Of a DNA stretch of 64,000 nucleotides, positions 54,963 to 63,864 are shown one piece after another. The position numbers were made by a program, and so were the translations under genes. Position 1 is the first letter of the stretch. Every line of letters begins with the position of its first letter. The notes under the pieces are model-generated. The model saw only the letters and a program-made list of their open reading frames with translations. It was not told the DNA's origin and did no database searches. The stretch is from Deltaproteobacteria bacterium (GTDB lineage: Bacteria > Desulfobacterota > Desulfobacteria > Desulfobacterales > ETH-SRB1), in the NCBI GenBank assembly GCA_030262895.1, contig JAJSZW010000003.1:3076-67075 (forward strand), written 5' to 3'.

Positions 54963-55451
54963 ATGCTAAACAAACTGATCCAAATAATAACCAATTCTCT
55001 TGATGAAACCCGGGCTCTTGGGGAAAAAACAGGAAAACACCTTGAGCCCGGAACTGTTTTGGCCTTAACCGGCGACCTTGGAAGCGGAAAAACTACATTT
55101 GTTCAAGGTTTAGCTAAAGGTCTCGATGTTCCGGATAATTATTACATAACAAGCCCAACCTACACTTTGATAAACGAATATCCCGGTCGATGTCATTTAT
55201 TTCATGTTGATCTTTATCGCATAGAAAATTACGCTGATTTTGATGATATCGGCCTTTACGAAATACTCCGCAGTGACGGAATTGTAGCTATCGAATGGGC
55301 AGATAAACTTCCGAAAAATCTTCTTCCGGAATATTTGGCAATTCATATAGATATATTGAATAATGAATCACGAAAAATTAGTATGGCTGCGCATGGACTT
55401 AGAGAGGAAAATCTGATAAGAAGAATAAATAGGGAGAAGAGATGGGATTAA
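54963..55451 (+). CDS. tsaE: tRNA t6A biosynthesis ATPase TsaE
   Basis: LTGDLGSGKTTFVQGLAKGL and HVDLYR motifs. Confidence 0.88.
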   Translation: MLNKLIQIITNSLDETRALGEKTGKHLEPGTVLALTGDLGSGKTTFVQGLAKGLDVPDNYYITSPTYTLINEYPGRCHLFHVDLYRIENYADFDDIGLYEILRSDGIVAIEWADKLPKNLLPEYLAIHIDILNNESRKISMAAHGLREENLIRRINREKRWD

Positions 55452-56659
55452 TTGTTCAAAAATACGGCGGCACCTCTGTAGCTGATCTTGAGCGGATCCG
55501 TTATGTCGCGAATAGAGTTGCAAAAACCTTTGACAAGGGAAATAATGTAGTTGTAGTCCTTTCGGCCATGGCCGGCGTCACAGACGGTCTTCTCGATATG
55601 GCCGCCCGGATTACCGACTCTCCCGAAAAGCGTGAGCTTGATGTTCTGCTATCCACAGGAGAGCAGACAACCGCAGCCCTTCTATCCATAACATTAAAAT
55701 CAATGAACTACCCTGCAAAATCATTGCTGGGATATCAGGCAGAAGTTTTAACAAACCGCGATTTTGGTAATGCACGTATTGTTGACATAGGAGCCGGTCG
55801 CATTAAAGAGTTTGTTGAAAAAAACAACATCGTGGTTGTTGCCGGGTTCCAGGGCTGCGACCCTGATGGAAACATCACAACTCTTGGCCGCGGAGGCTCA
55901 GACACATCTGCCGTAGCAATAGCCACCGCAATCAAGGCCGATATATGTGAGATTTATACTGACGTTGACGGAATTTACACCGCTGATCCGAATATTTGCA
56001 AAAAAGCAAGAAAACTCGATAAAATTTCCTATGACGAAATGCTGGAGATGTCGAGCCTTGGCGCCAAGGTCTTGCAGATTCGTTCGGTTGAATTTGCAAA
56101 AAAATATAATGTCCCAGTGCATGTTAGATCATCTTTCAGTGAGGAGGAGGGAACTATGGTTGTTAATGAGGATTCTGATATGGAACATCTTGTAGTATCC
56201 GGCATAACCTGTAATAAAAATGAAGCGCGTATTACCCTGAAAAAAGTTCCCGATCAGCCGGGGATCGCTGCAAAAATTTTTTCTCCCATTGCAAAGTCGG
56301 GCATTCTTGTTGATATGATAATTCAAAACACCCGGGCAGGAGGCCTGACCGACCTTACTTTCACGGTTGCAAAAACTGACTTCAACAGAGCGATAGAAAT
56401 ATCGAAAAAAGTAGCTGAAGAAATTGGAGCAGAAGAGGTATTAATTGCCGAAAATATCGCAAAAGTATCTGTTACAGGTGTTGGCATGAAGAGTCACTCG
56501 GGGGTTGCATCAAAAATGTTTTCCACTCTTGCCAATGAAAATATTAATATTAGATTGATAAGCACTTCAGAAATCAGGATATCCTGTGTAGTTGAAGAAA
56601 AGTACGCGGAACTGGCGATTCGTGTCCTTCACTCAGCTTTTGGATTGGATAAAGAATAA
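55442..56659 (+). CDS. lysC: aspartate kinase
   Basis: IVQKYGGTSV, two C-terminal ACT regions, 405 aa. Confidence 0.92.
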   Translation: MGLIVQKYGGTSVADLERIRYVANRVAKTFDKGNNVVVVLSAMAGVTDGLLDMAARITDSPEKRELDVLLSTGEQTTAALLSITLKSMNYPAKSLLGYQAEVLTNRDFGNARIVDIGAGRIKEFVEKNNIVVVAGFQGCDPDGNITTLGRGGSDTSAVAIATAIKADICEIYTDVDGIYTADPNICKKARKLDKISYDEMLEMSSLGAKVLQIRSVEFAKKYNVPVHVRSSFSEEEGTMVVNEDSDMEHLVVSGITCNKNEARITLKKVPDQPGIAAKIFSPIAKSGILVDMIIQNTRAGGLTDLTFTVAKTDFNRAIEISKKVAEEIGAEEVLIAENIAKVSVTGVGMKSHSGVASKMFSTLANENINIRLISTSEIRISCVVEEKYAELAIRVLHSAFGLDKE

Positions 56660-57375
56660 AGAACCGACTCGATCTCCTCTGCAATATGAATGGCTGCTTC
56701 TTTAGGATTTTTTGCATCTCTTATGGGCCTGCCGATTATCAAATAATCTGATCCATTATCAATTGCCTGGGCCGGAGTAGTTATGCGCCGTTGATCATCT
56801 TTGTTCATACCCTCCCAAGATGGTCGTATTCCAGGGGTTAACGCAATAAAACCTTTTCCAAAATTTTCTTTTATCATTTTAACTTCAAGACCGGAGCACA
56901 CGATTCCGGCACATCCCGCATCCTTAGCCATTTTTGCTCTGTTCATTACAAGCCGTGATATATCTGAAGAAAATTCAGAACGAAAGCCGGCAGCATCAAT
57001 ATTTTCTCCTGATACGCTTGTTAACACCGTAACACCAACCACGCCTACTTTCCCGGCACTTCCGGCAACAGCAGCTTCAAGCATTTCTTTATTTTCTCCA
57101 CAATGAACTGTTGCAAAATCAACACCTAAATCAGCAATGCTCGCCATTGCACGTGAAACAGTCGCAGGAATATCATGGAGTTTAAGATCCAGAAAGATTT
57201 TAGCTTTTCCTGAAGTCTTTATAATTTTAATGATTTCAGGCCCGGAGCTTATAAAAAGCTCAAGCCCTACCTTGAACATACCAACATATTCTGAAAGAAG
57301 TTCAATATATTGCTCCGCTTCCTTTAAAGAAGGTACATCCAGAGAAAAAACCATATAATCTTTTGCTGTTTTCAT
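56629..57375 (-). CDS. pyrF: orotidine 5'-phosphate decarboxylase
   Basis: FLDLKLHDIPATV and IIGRPI motifs. Confidence 0.9.
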   Translation of the reverse strand: MKTAKDYMVFSLDVPSLKEAEQYIELLSEYVGMFKVGLELFISSGPEIIKIIKTSGKAKIFLDLKLHDIPATVSRAMASIADLGVDFATVHCGENKEMLEAAVAGSAGKVGVVGVTVLTSVSGENIDAAGFRSEFSSDISRLVMNRAKMAKDAGCAGIVCSGLEVKMIKENFGKGFIALTPGIRPSWEGMNKDDQRRITTPAQAIDNGSDYLIIGRPIRDAKNPKEAAIHIAEEIESVLYSLSNPKAE

Positions 57376-57692
57376 AAAAACAACTCTCTCAGCTTATCGA
57401 GGTCATCAGCCCATTTTAGCTTGCCAGTAGCCAGTGCTATGTCAAAACGACGGATCAGCAGAGCCGAACAGGCAAGCATGTGACAGTTTTCCGGGGTTTG
57501 CATCAGCGAAAAACTGCGTTTGGCATGGAAAAACATGCGGTTGAAATTATTGCAGGCAAATGCTGCTGCCGCTGCTTTATAATGAGTCCGGGATTTTTCT
57601 TCAATATTCAGTAAAGGTCTCAGGTCGGTTTTGCAGCGACGGCAGGTGAGCTTGCCTTTATATCCGGCATTGCAGGTTGGACAGCGTTCCAT
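57372..57692 (-). CDS. zinc-ribbon protein (106 aa), unknown function
   Basis: MERCPTCNAGYKGKLTCRRCKTDL (CxxC-N9-CxxC). ATGA overlap with pyrF and 15 nt downstream of the Hsp70 gene. Confidence 0.65.
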   Translation of the reverse strand: MERCPTCNAGYKGKLTCRRCKTDLRPLLNIEEKSRTHYKAAAAAFACNNFNRMFFHAKRSFSLMQTPENCHMLACSALLIRRFDIALATGKLKWADDLDKLRELFL

Positions 57693-57707
57693 ATTATCAG
57701 CCTTGTT

Positions 57708-59459
57708 CTATCCCATATAAAAAAGGATATCGTCGAGTTCTTTTTTAAACGTTTCTGCATCTTCCATTCGGTTTTTACTTAAAGCATCACGAATATCTTC
57801 TATGAGATTAATCATTTCATCGCGGTCGTCTTCGGAAGCTTGTGCCAGCTTTGCTTCAGCCCTACTGATAATGCCGGCATATTCGGACGGCAGTTCTTTT
57901 ATGTCAGCCTCTGTTTGCACTTTTTCTTTCAGAGGTGTTTCCGATTCCCTTCCTTCAGTCCAGAGTCCGTTGATGCGGTCTTGAGTTTGTGATAATTCTT
58001 CGTCGGAAAATCTGGAAATAGCATTTTCGATCACCGCTTTGATATTGTTGCCGGTCTTTTTTTCAACTGCTTTGATTTTTAAGATTCCATTTAGATCCAG
58101 GTCAAAATGCAAAATGATCTCGCTGTTTGAAGGGGCCCGGGTCAGATTAAACATGTAATTTCCAAGTAGGATATTATCCAGGGCATCAGGTGCTTCTCCC
58201 TGATATATCTTGACATCCACAACTTCCTGATTGTCGCACATAGTATAGAAAACATCGCTTTTTCTTGCCGGAAGCTTGGTGTTGCGCCGAATCAGCGCAA
58301 CAAACATCGTCCCACTCGGCTCCCCATCTACTTCGCCTACGACGGAAGTGCCGAATGTATATGGAGTAATATCTACCAGCACACCGGAATGTTCCAGTCC
58401 CATTTCCCTTCCTGCCTGCATGCCGGCACCGATAGCTACACACAGATCCGGGTCTATTTCACTGTGAGGCAGATGCCCGATCTTTTCTTCCAGCATTTGA
58501 GATATCCGTGGAATACGGGTTGACCCGCCCACCATGATTATTTTGTTGATGGCCGAAGGCAGCATGGCTGCATCCTTTAATGCCTTATTCACTGATTCCA
58601 TGGTGCGGGCAAGATCTTCTTCAACCATTTCCTCGAACTCCGTTCTCGACAGTTCCAGCGACAGGTGAAGATCCTTAAATCCTTTTTTGCCGATGTGATC
58701 TTCTTCAATAGTTGTATAAGGTACTGATGATAATTGAATTTTTGCACCTTCGGCAGCCCGCTTGAGTCTTGCCATAACCGCTGGTTTATCTTTTACCGAA
58801 TAATTAAACTCAGTTTCCATGTGTTTTACAAGATGATCGACTATCTTTAGATCAAAATCGTCGCCTCCAAGCTGATTATCGCCGGTGCTCGACAGGACTT
58901 CCACAACGCCGGCCTCTATTTTTACAATGGAAACATCAAAAGTACCGCCTCCAAGATCGTAGACCAGAACTCTTTGGGTTTCCGGGTTGGTGCTTTCATA
59001 GGCTAAAGACGCCGCTGTGGGCTCGTTGATAATCCTGACTACTTCAAGCCCGGCAATCTCACCTGCCTCACGAGTGGCCTGCCTTTGAGCATCGGTAAAA
59101 TAGGCCGGTACCGTGATTACTGCCTTTGAAATCGTACGATTGATTTTTTTCTCGGCACGTTCTTTAAGCTCTTTAAGGATAAAGGCCGAAATCTCCTGGG
59201 GTGAAAAAGATAATTCACCCATTTTAAGTTTCTGGTCCGTGCCCATAAACCTTTTGACGGAAAGAACGGTTTTTTCCGGGTTTATTAATGCCTGGTTGCC
59301 GGCTTCGGCACCTACGATGATATCTCCATTTTCCCCAATGCTGACGCATGAGGGCAAAATACCATTATCGTTATCGGTGATAATCTCCGTTGTGCCGTCA
59401 AAAATAAAAGCAACTTCGGAGTTTGTAGTGCCCAGGTCTATTCCAATAATTGGTTCCAT
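57708..59459 (-). CDS. non-canonical Hsp70-family ATPase (583 aa)
   Basis: Motifs IGIDLGTTNS, DLGGGTFDVSIV and VGGSTRIP. The substrate-binding region is divergent (VDITPYTFGTSV) and the C-terminal lid is short. Confidence 0.9.
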   Translation of the reverse strand: MEPIIGIDLGTTNSEVAFIFDGTTEIITDNDNGILPSCVSIGENGDIIVGAEAGNQALINPEKTVLSVKRFMGTDQKLKMGELSFSPQEISAFILKELKERAEKKINRTISKAVITVPAYFTDAQRQATREAGEIAGLEVVRIINEPTAASLAYESTNPETQRVLVYDLGGGTFDVSIVKIEAGVVEVLSSTGDNQLGGDDFDLKIVDHLVKHMETEFNYSVKDKPAVMARLKRAAEGAKIQLSSVPYTTIEEDHIGKKGFKDLHLSLELSRTEFEEMVEEDLARTMESVNKALKDAAMLPSAINKIIMVGGSTRIPRISQMLEEKIGHLPHSEIDPDLCVAIGAGMQAGREMGLEHSGVLVDITPYTFGTSVVGEVDGEPSGTMFVALIRRNTKLPARKSDVFYTMCDNQEVVDVKIYQGEAPDALDNILLGNYMFNLTRAPSNSEIILHFDLDLNGILKIKAVEKKTGNNIKAVIENAISRFSDEELSQTQDRINGLWTEGRESETPLKEKVQTEADIKELPSEYAGIISRAEAKLAQASEDDRDEMINLIEDIRDALSKNRMEDAETFKKELDDILFYMG

Positions 59460-59474
59460 GTTTTGTCTCCATGC

Positions 59475-59599
59475 TATAGACTTTCAGATAATTCATTTCA
59501 CAAGGCTAGAAGGAAAAATCTGAGTAAGTCGTGCTTATGTGTACGTCGTCGAGGATTTTGACTGATAACGCAGTGAAATTATTTATCTGAAAGTCTATA
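59475..59599. repeat. MITE-like element, family A
   Basis: Termini tatagactttcagataa / ttatctgaaagtctata. It fills the gap between the GrpE-like and Hsp70 genes. Confidence 0.9.
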
Positions 59600-60382
59600 T
59601 TTGTTCACTATTACTTCAGCAGTCCGGATTACCTCGTCTTGCCGGACAAATCCGCCCACCTGTTCTTCAATCACTATCCCTGCTTCCTTTTGCGGGTCAC
59701 TTCCCTGCCCAACGGCCCGCATGGTAGCGGAATCAAATGGTTGATCTAAAGCGGTCACCGGAGTTATCCCGACATAGTTCAGGGCCCGGTCGAACCTGCG
59801 CAGGGCCATTTCATACCCTTCAACTATACCTTCAATTCCCTGCGGCGGACGGACAAACAATCGTCTGGTTGCAGCCGCAGTCTTTGCAGCTTTAAGTCCC
59901 CGAATCAGGCCATCCCTGATATCCAGAAACGGTAATACAGCCTTTTTTTCACTGGCCAGGCGTATACGCTCTTCAAGAGTTTCGAGTTTTGATGTTCTGT
60001 TCTTTAACAGCTTTAGTGTTTCCTTCAAGCTATCAATAAAGGATTGTTGAATTCTCAGCGTATTGTTCTGTTCGCGGTTCTGGAATTTTATCTCCTGCCT
60101 CAGAGCGGTAAATTCCATCAGCAAGGTATATAGATCGCAAGAATCCATATCAACCTTTCGATCAATGGGCATCTCTTCCGGCAGCTCCGTCATCCATGCC
60201 TTAAAATCCTCCATGACCTTTGCTTTCCATTTATTTGCTGGAACTTCAGCCGTGTCAGACGCATAAGCCTTGATCCTCGCAGATAAAAGAATCGAAGTCC
60301 ATTTCATAAGCGGCAAAAGAACATTATCTAAAACACTCCGCTTAAAGCGTTTAGCGAATTTAGCTATATAAAATTTCAGCAT
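59579..60382 (-). CDS. GrpE-like nucleotide exchange factor with long N-terminal extension
   Basis: C-terminal GIEGIVEGYEMALRRFDRALNYVGITPV..LDQPFDSATMRAVG......GIVIEEQVGGFVRQDEVIRTAEVIV follows the GrpE beta-domain pattern. Confidence 0.8.
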   Translation of the reverse strand: MLKFYIAKFAKRFKRSVLDNVLLPLMKWTSILLSARIKAYASDTAEVPANKWKAKVMEDFKAWMTELPEEMPIDRKVDMDSCDLYTLLMEFTALRQEIKFQNREQNNTLRIQQSFIDSLKETLKLLKNRTSKLETLEERIRLASEKKAVLPFLDIRDGLIRGLKAAKTAAATRRLFVRPPQGIEGIVEGYEMALRRFDRALNYVGITPVTALDQPFDSATMRAVGQGSDPQKEAGIVIEEQVGGFVRQDEVIRTAEVIVNKYRLSDK

Positions 60383-60391
60383 TGAAAACCT

Positions 60392-60682
60392 CTACACCTC
60401 ATCAAGCAGCTCCTTGAGCCCCGCTCGTCTTCGAACCGGTGTTCGGGCGCGTCCAAGAGAAAGTAGCGCCTCTTCCGCATCTGATACTGACAGAGTGCCA
60501 AACAATTTCCCCCGGATGCGGGCTCTGGGGGTTTTGATCTGTTCATAGGCGCTTGTGATTTCCTGGAATCGATTCGGATCTTTTTCCGGCGTATACCGCT
60601 TAATAAGCTCAAGATAACGTTTTCTTATCTCTTCATCAGTAACATCTAAGTCGAGTCCAAGGATAAAATAACTTGATAACAT
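60392..60682 (-). CDS. J-like domain protein (96 aa) with TPE in place of HPD
   Basis: SYFILGLDLDVTDEEIRKRYLELIKRYTPEKDPNRFQEITSAYEQI aligns by eye with J-domain helices I-III. Confidence 0.75.
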   Translation of the reverse strand: MLSSYFILGLDLDVTDEEIRKRYLELIKRYTPEKDPNRFQEITSAYEQIKTPRARIRGKLFGTLSVSDAEEALLSLGRARTPVRRRAGLKELLDEV

Positions 60683-60687
60683 ACTAT

Positions 60688-63384
60688 TTAAGCCTTTCCA
60701 AAAAGAAATATCCGGGCTTCACTGGAAAGTGCATTTATCCCTTCCGAGTCAAGAAGGCCGGCAAGGGTTGAAAAGCCCTTGACCATATCCGGTTCCTTTT
60801 TTTTCATAACTTTCATTATTTTGTTGATTACAAAATCTGGCGTTCCACGAAGACCTGAATCGTCAATGAACGCTTCTAATCCTTTAATAATTTTATCAAG
60901 CTGACTTTTAACAAATGTCTGATCAAAAACATTCGGGTTATGTTCCAGCGCCTCCAAAAATTCAAATAAATCTTCCAAATCATCCGGCCCATCATATTCG
61001 TCATCGTCGTCCATGAAAGAATCATCGTCAAATAAATCATAGGGCGATGTCATATCGTCCATAGGCCCGAAGGATGGTACAGGCATAATGAAATCAAAAC
61101 CTTCAAGCGCTGATTTTAACGGCCCTGATACATGTTTTGCAAGTCGTCTGGCTGCGGTCCTAAGCGATTCCAGATCCGATTCTGAAGTTTTGTCCTTTAC
61201 CTTCTGGAAAGCTTTCAGATCCATGAACAGCTCTTCTGTCAGATGCCGGATTACAACCTGGTAAAATTCGAGCAATACCTTTACTCTCCCTCCGGCATTT
61301 TTTATCCTGCGTTTTATTTCATCCAGAGCCGGTTTAAACAGCTCAGCATCAACAAGGATGTCAAGGACAGGGATAATATCGACGTCATCAACATGTTTGA
61401 GTATATTTTTACAACGATATAAAATGACACCGGCAATATGCCTTGAACGGGTAAGCGGCCGCACCTTCTTACTTAGCGGCTTGAGCAAACTAACGATATG
61501 TGCGGAAGACAAATCCTTTATCGATTTGGCATAATGCCGGAAAGCTCTGTCCAATTCGCTAAAGATCTTTTTATCCCATTCGGGGAACCGGCCTGTCGCA
61601 TCCAGAATCAACATAGCTATGGTACTTATCTGTTCAAAAGGAGACAAGTGTGCGACGGCCCTGTCGATGACAGATAGGACATTTCCGGCACCGGCTATAA
61701 CCTTGCCGTCGAACAAGGACAATTGCCCCTGTTCTGTAATTTTAAACAGTATTTGTTTTTCAACCACCAGCGGCAGGGTGGCCTTACCGCTCAATGCATC
61801 GGCTTTTTCAATATCCCTGGATGCCAGATGAAGCTTTTTCCTCTTGATGCTGTTATCAGCAGAAATCAGCAGCGAAATCACATGCCGGTCAATAACTCTG
61901 CTGTCATGGGGAGCGCGCTTCATAGCCTCTTTTAAGATATTTTCGGCTTTGCGAAAGGCGTTTTTTTCGTAGTAAATGGTGGACAGTTCCAGGCAGGGAA
62001 AAGGGTCATCCGGGAAATAGTCCAGCATCTGTATTAACCCTTCTTCTACCAGATTTTTTGTCTGCCTGGAATAGCGGGTCAGGCTTGCCAACAGTTCATA
62101 ACCACGCCGATTTTCAGGGTCCAGCCGGATTGCCTTTAATGTCATTTCAACTATGAATTCATCGGGGTTATCGGAAGTGATTCCCAGCACCGGCCCGTGC
62201 AATTCAAAATCGCATCCTAAGCTTTGAACGAAAAAGTTCTCCTTGTGGATTTTTTCAACAGCATGCAGTAGAATCAGGGCCTGGGCAATCTTGGCGTGTT
62301 CACGGTCAGGGAATTCCGCATCTATATGCATAAGATACTGGCCGGTGTTAATTAATGGTTGCTCAAAGTCAAAAAATTCGGTTTTCGCAGTTAGAAGTTC
62401 AGACTGGTTTTCAGGAAGCAACCGTCTGATAAAACGGAAATATTCATAGTCGTTGATCGTGTTGTCCCAGGTAAAGCGCCAGACCAGTTCAAGGAGATGG
62501 GAAATTGCATGGTCGGAATCATCAGGACAAATTAATTCAGCGATACTTCTGAGTTGGCCGGCTGCATCTTTAAAACGCTTTTTTTTCAGATGTTCGAGAA
62601 CCTCAGCAACTTTTTTTTCAGTATTTGCCGGACCTTCCCACAGGCAGGCAAGGTCGGCAGGATTTTTTTTCAGCTTTTTCACCACCCTGTAAATGGGAAA
62701 TTCCTCTGGAATCATGGAAAGCGCTCGCTGCATCCCGGAATCATCTTCATTATAAAAACATACCATAGCAAGACAAAACATGCGGGCAGGAGCAAAAGGT
62801 GAGATTCTCGATACAGGCTTTAGGCAGACCAAAGCAGATTCCCAATCACCACTGTGTATAAGCTCGGCTGCCCGAAAAACCGGGGCAGCATCTTTTTTCA
62901 GGGGCACCCTCTCATCAAGGTTATCCAGCAGTTCCCATTGACGGTAAATAAGGAATTGTCCTGCAAGATACTGCTCTATGGCATTGGAGCGGCTATTTTC
63001 CCCGACATACCTGTTATAGGTGCTTATCGAGTCTTCAATGGAAGCGCCTTTCATAAAGGCAATCAGATCCATGTCGGAAAGCTTATCGTACGTTGGCATA
63101 AAAGTAGCGGCCTGGCAATGAATTGAATCTGCTTCCACGTTCATCCCCTTTTGTCTGAGCTGGGATTCCCGCAGAAGATAGGCCCTGAACAGCATCGGAT
63201 TTATGTCGTCTGTCGGAGCGCCCTTTTTAATTGCCAGTTTTAACGACGAAATCGCATCTCTGGCTCTTCCAGCCTCAAGAAACTGTTTGCCCTGATTTAT
63301 AAGCTGAGGCAAAGACACATTTTTAATATTCAGGTGCGACTTTTTCTTGCGAGCTTTTTTCTGTTTTTTCTTTTTTGAACCCAT
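60688..63384 (-). CDS. 898-aa alpha-helical protein with scattered TPR-like motifs, polybasic N-terminus and acidic C-terminal patch
   Basis: N-terminal MGSKKKKQKKARKKK, TPR-like AIRLDPENRRGYELLA and YYEKNAFRKAENILKEAMKRAP, and an acidic DDDSFMDDDDEYDGPDDLEDLFEF patch. No enzymatic motif seen. Confidence 0.75.
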   Translation of the reverse strand: MGSKKKKQKKARKKKSHLNIKNVSLPQLINQGKQFLEAGRARDAISSLKLAIKKGAPTDDINPMLFRAYLLRESQLRQKGMNVEADSIHCQAATFMPTYDKLSDMDLIAFMKGASIEDSISTYNRYVGENSRSNAIEQYLAGQFLIYRQWELLDNLDERVPLKKDAAPVFRAAELIHSGDWESALVCLKPVSRISPFAPARMFCLAMVCFYNEDDSGMQRALSMIPEEFPIYRVVKKLKKNPADLACLWEGPANTEKKVAEVLEHLKKKRFKDAAGQLRSIAELICPDDSDHAISHLLELVWRFTWDNTINDYEYFRFIRRLLPENQSELLTAKTEFFDFEQPLINTGQYLMHIDAEFPDREHAKIAQALILLHAVEKIHKENFFVQSLGCDFELHGPVLGITSDNPDEFIVEMTLKAIRLDPENRRGYELLASLTRYSRQTKNLVEEGLIQMLDYFPDDPFPCLELSTIYYEKNAFRKAENILKEAMKRAPHDSRVIDRHVISLLISADNSIKRKKLHLASRDIEKADALSGKATLPLVVEKQILFKITEQGQLSLFDGKVIAGAGNVLSVIDRAVAHLSPFEQISTIAMLILDATGRFPEWDKKIFSELDRAFRHYAKSIKDLSSAHIVSLLKPLSKKVRPLTRSRHIAGVILYRCKNILKHVDDVDIIPVLDILVDAELFKPALDEIKRRIKNAGGRVKVLLEFYQVVIRHLTEELFMDLKAFQKVKDKTSESDLESLRTAARRLAKHVSGPLKSALEGFDFIMPVPSFGPMDDMTSPYDLFDDDSFMDDDDEYDGPDDLEDLFEFLEALEHNPNVFDQTFVKSQLDKIIKGLEAFIDDSGLRGTPDFVINKIMKVMKKKEPDMVKGFSTLAGLLDSEGINALSSEARIFLFGKA

Positions 63385-63622
63385 AAATTATAAAATTTTC
63401 TTTACTATTTCCTCCTAAACCAAATACACTATTTTCATTTTTTTTTCAAGACTGTCTTTGCGTCAACTAGGGAAACGTCAAAGTCAGAGCTAAAGTGCTA
63501 ATATTTAGAGTTTTTGGGGACCTCAAAATCCGAAATACGAATATCGAAACTTGAAACAATATCTAATTTCGAATGTCAAATGTTTTACATCAATACTAAG
63601 CTGTGCTATTATAAAATTGTTT

Positions 63623-63795
63623 GTAACTACTCAGGTGGATAGGCTGAAGGCTGAAGACTGTTAGGAAAAAGCGCATTTTGAAGCCATGTTTGGTGCAAGA
63701 ATCAGATGTTTCCGCTAAAATACGGCAATCGTGCTTTTCTGACCCCCTTCAGCCTTCAGTCTAAACAGCTTCAGCCTGACTACGTGAGTAGTCAC
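63623..63795. repeat. MITE-like element, family B (long copy)
   Basis: gtaactactcaggtggataggctgaaggctgaagactgttagg .. cctgactacgtgagtagtcac. Its first about 85 nt reappear inverted at 3735-3834. Confidence 0.85.
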
Positions 63796-63864
63796 AATTG
63801 GTTTTTAAATATATTTTTGGCGCAATTTTAAACGCTAAGGAACGGGGAAACAAAGAGGTACTCA

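Noticed and set aside
60376-60612. 78-aa ORF overlapping the J-like gene in another frame
   Set aside because: It lies entirely within the better-supported J-like gene and the start of the GrpE-like gene. It is Arg/Ser-rich with no start context.
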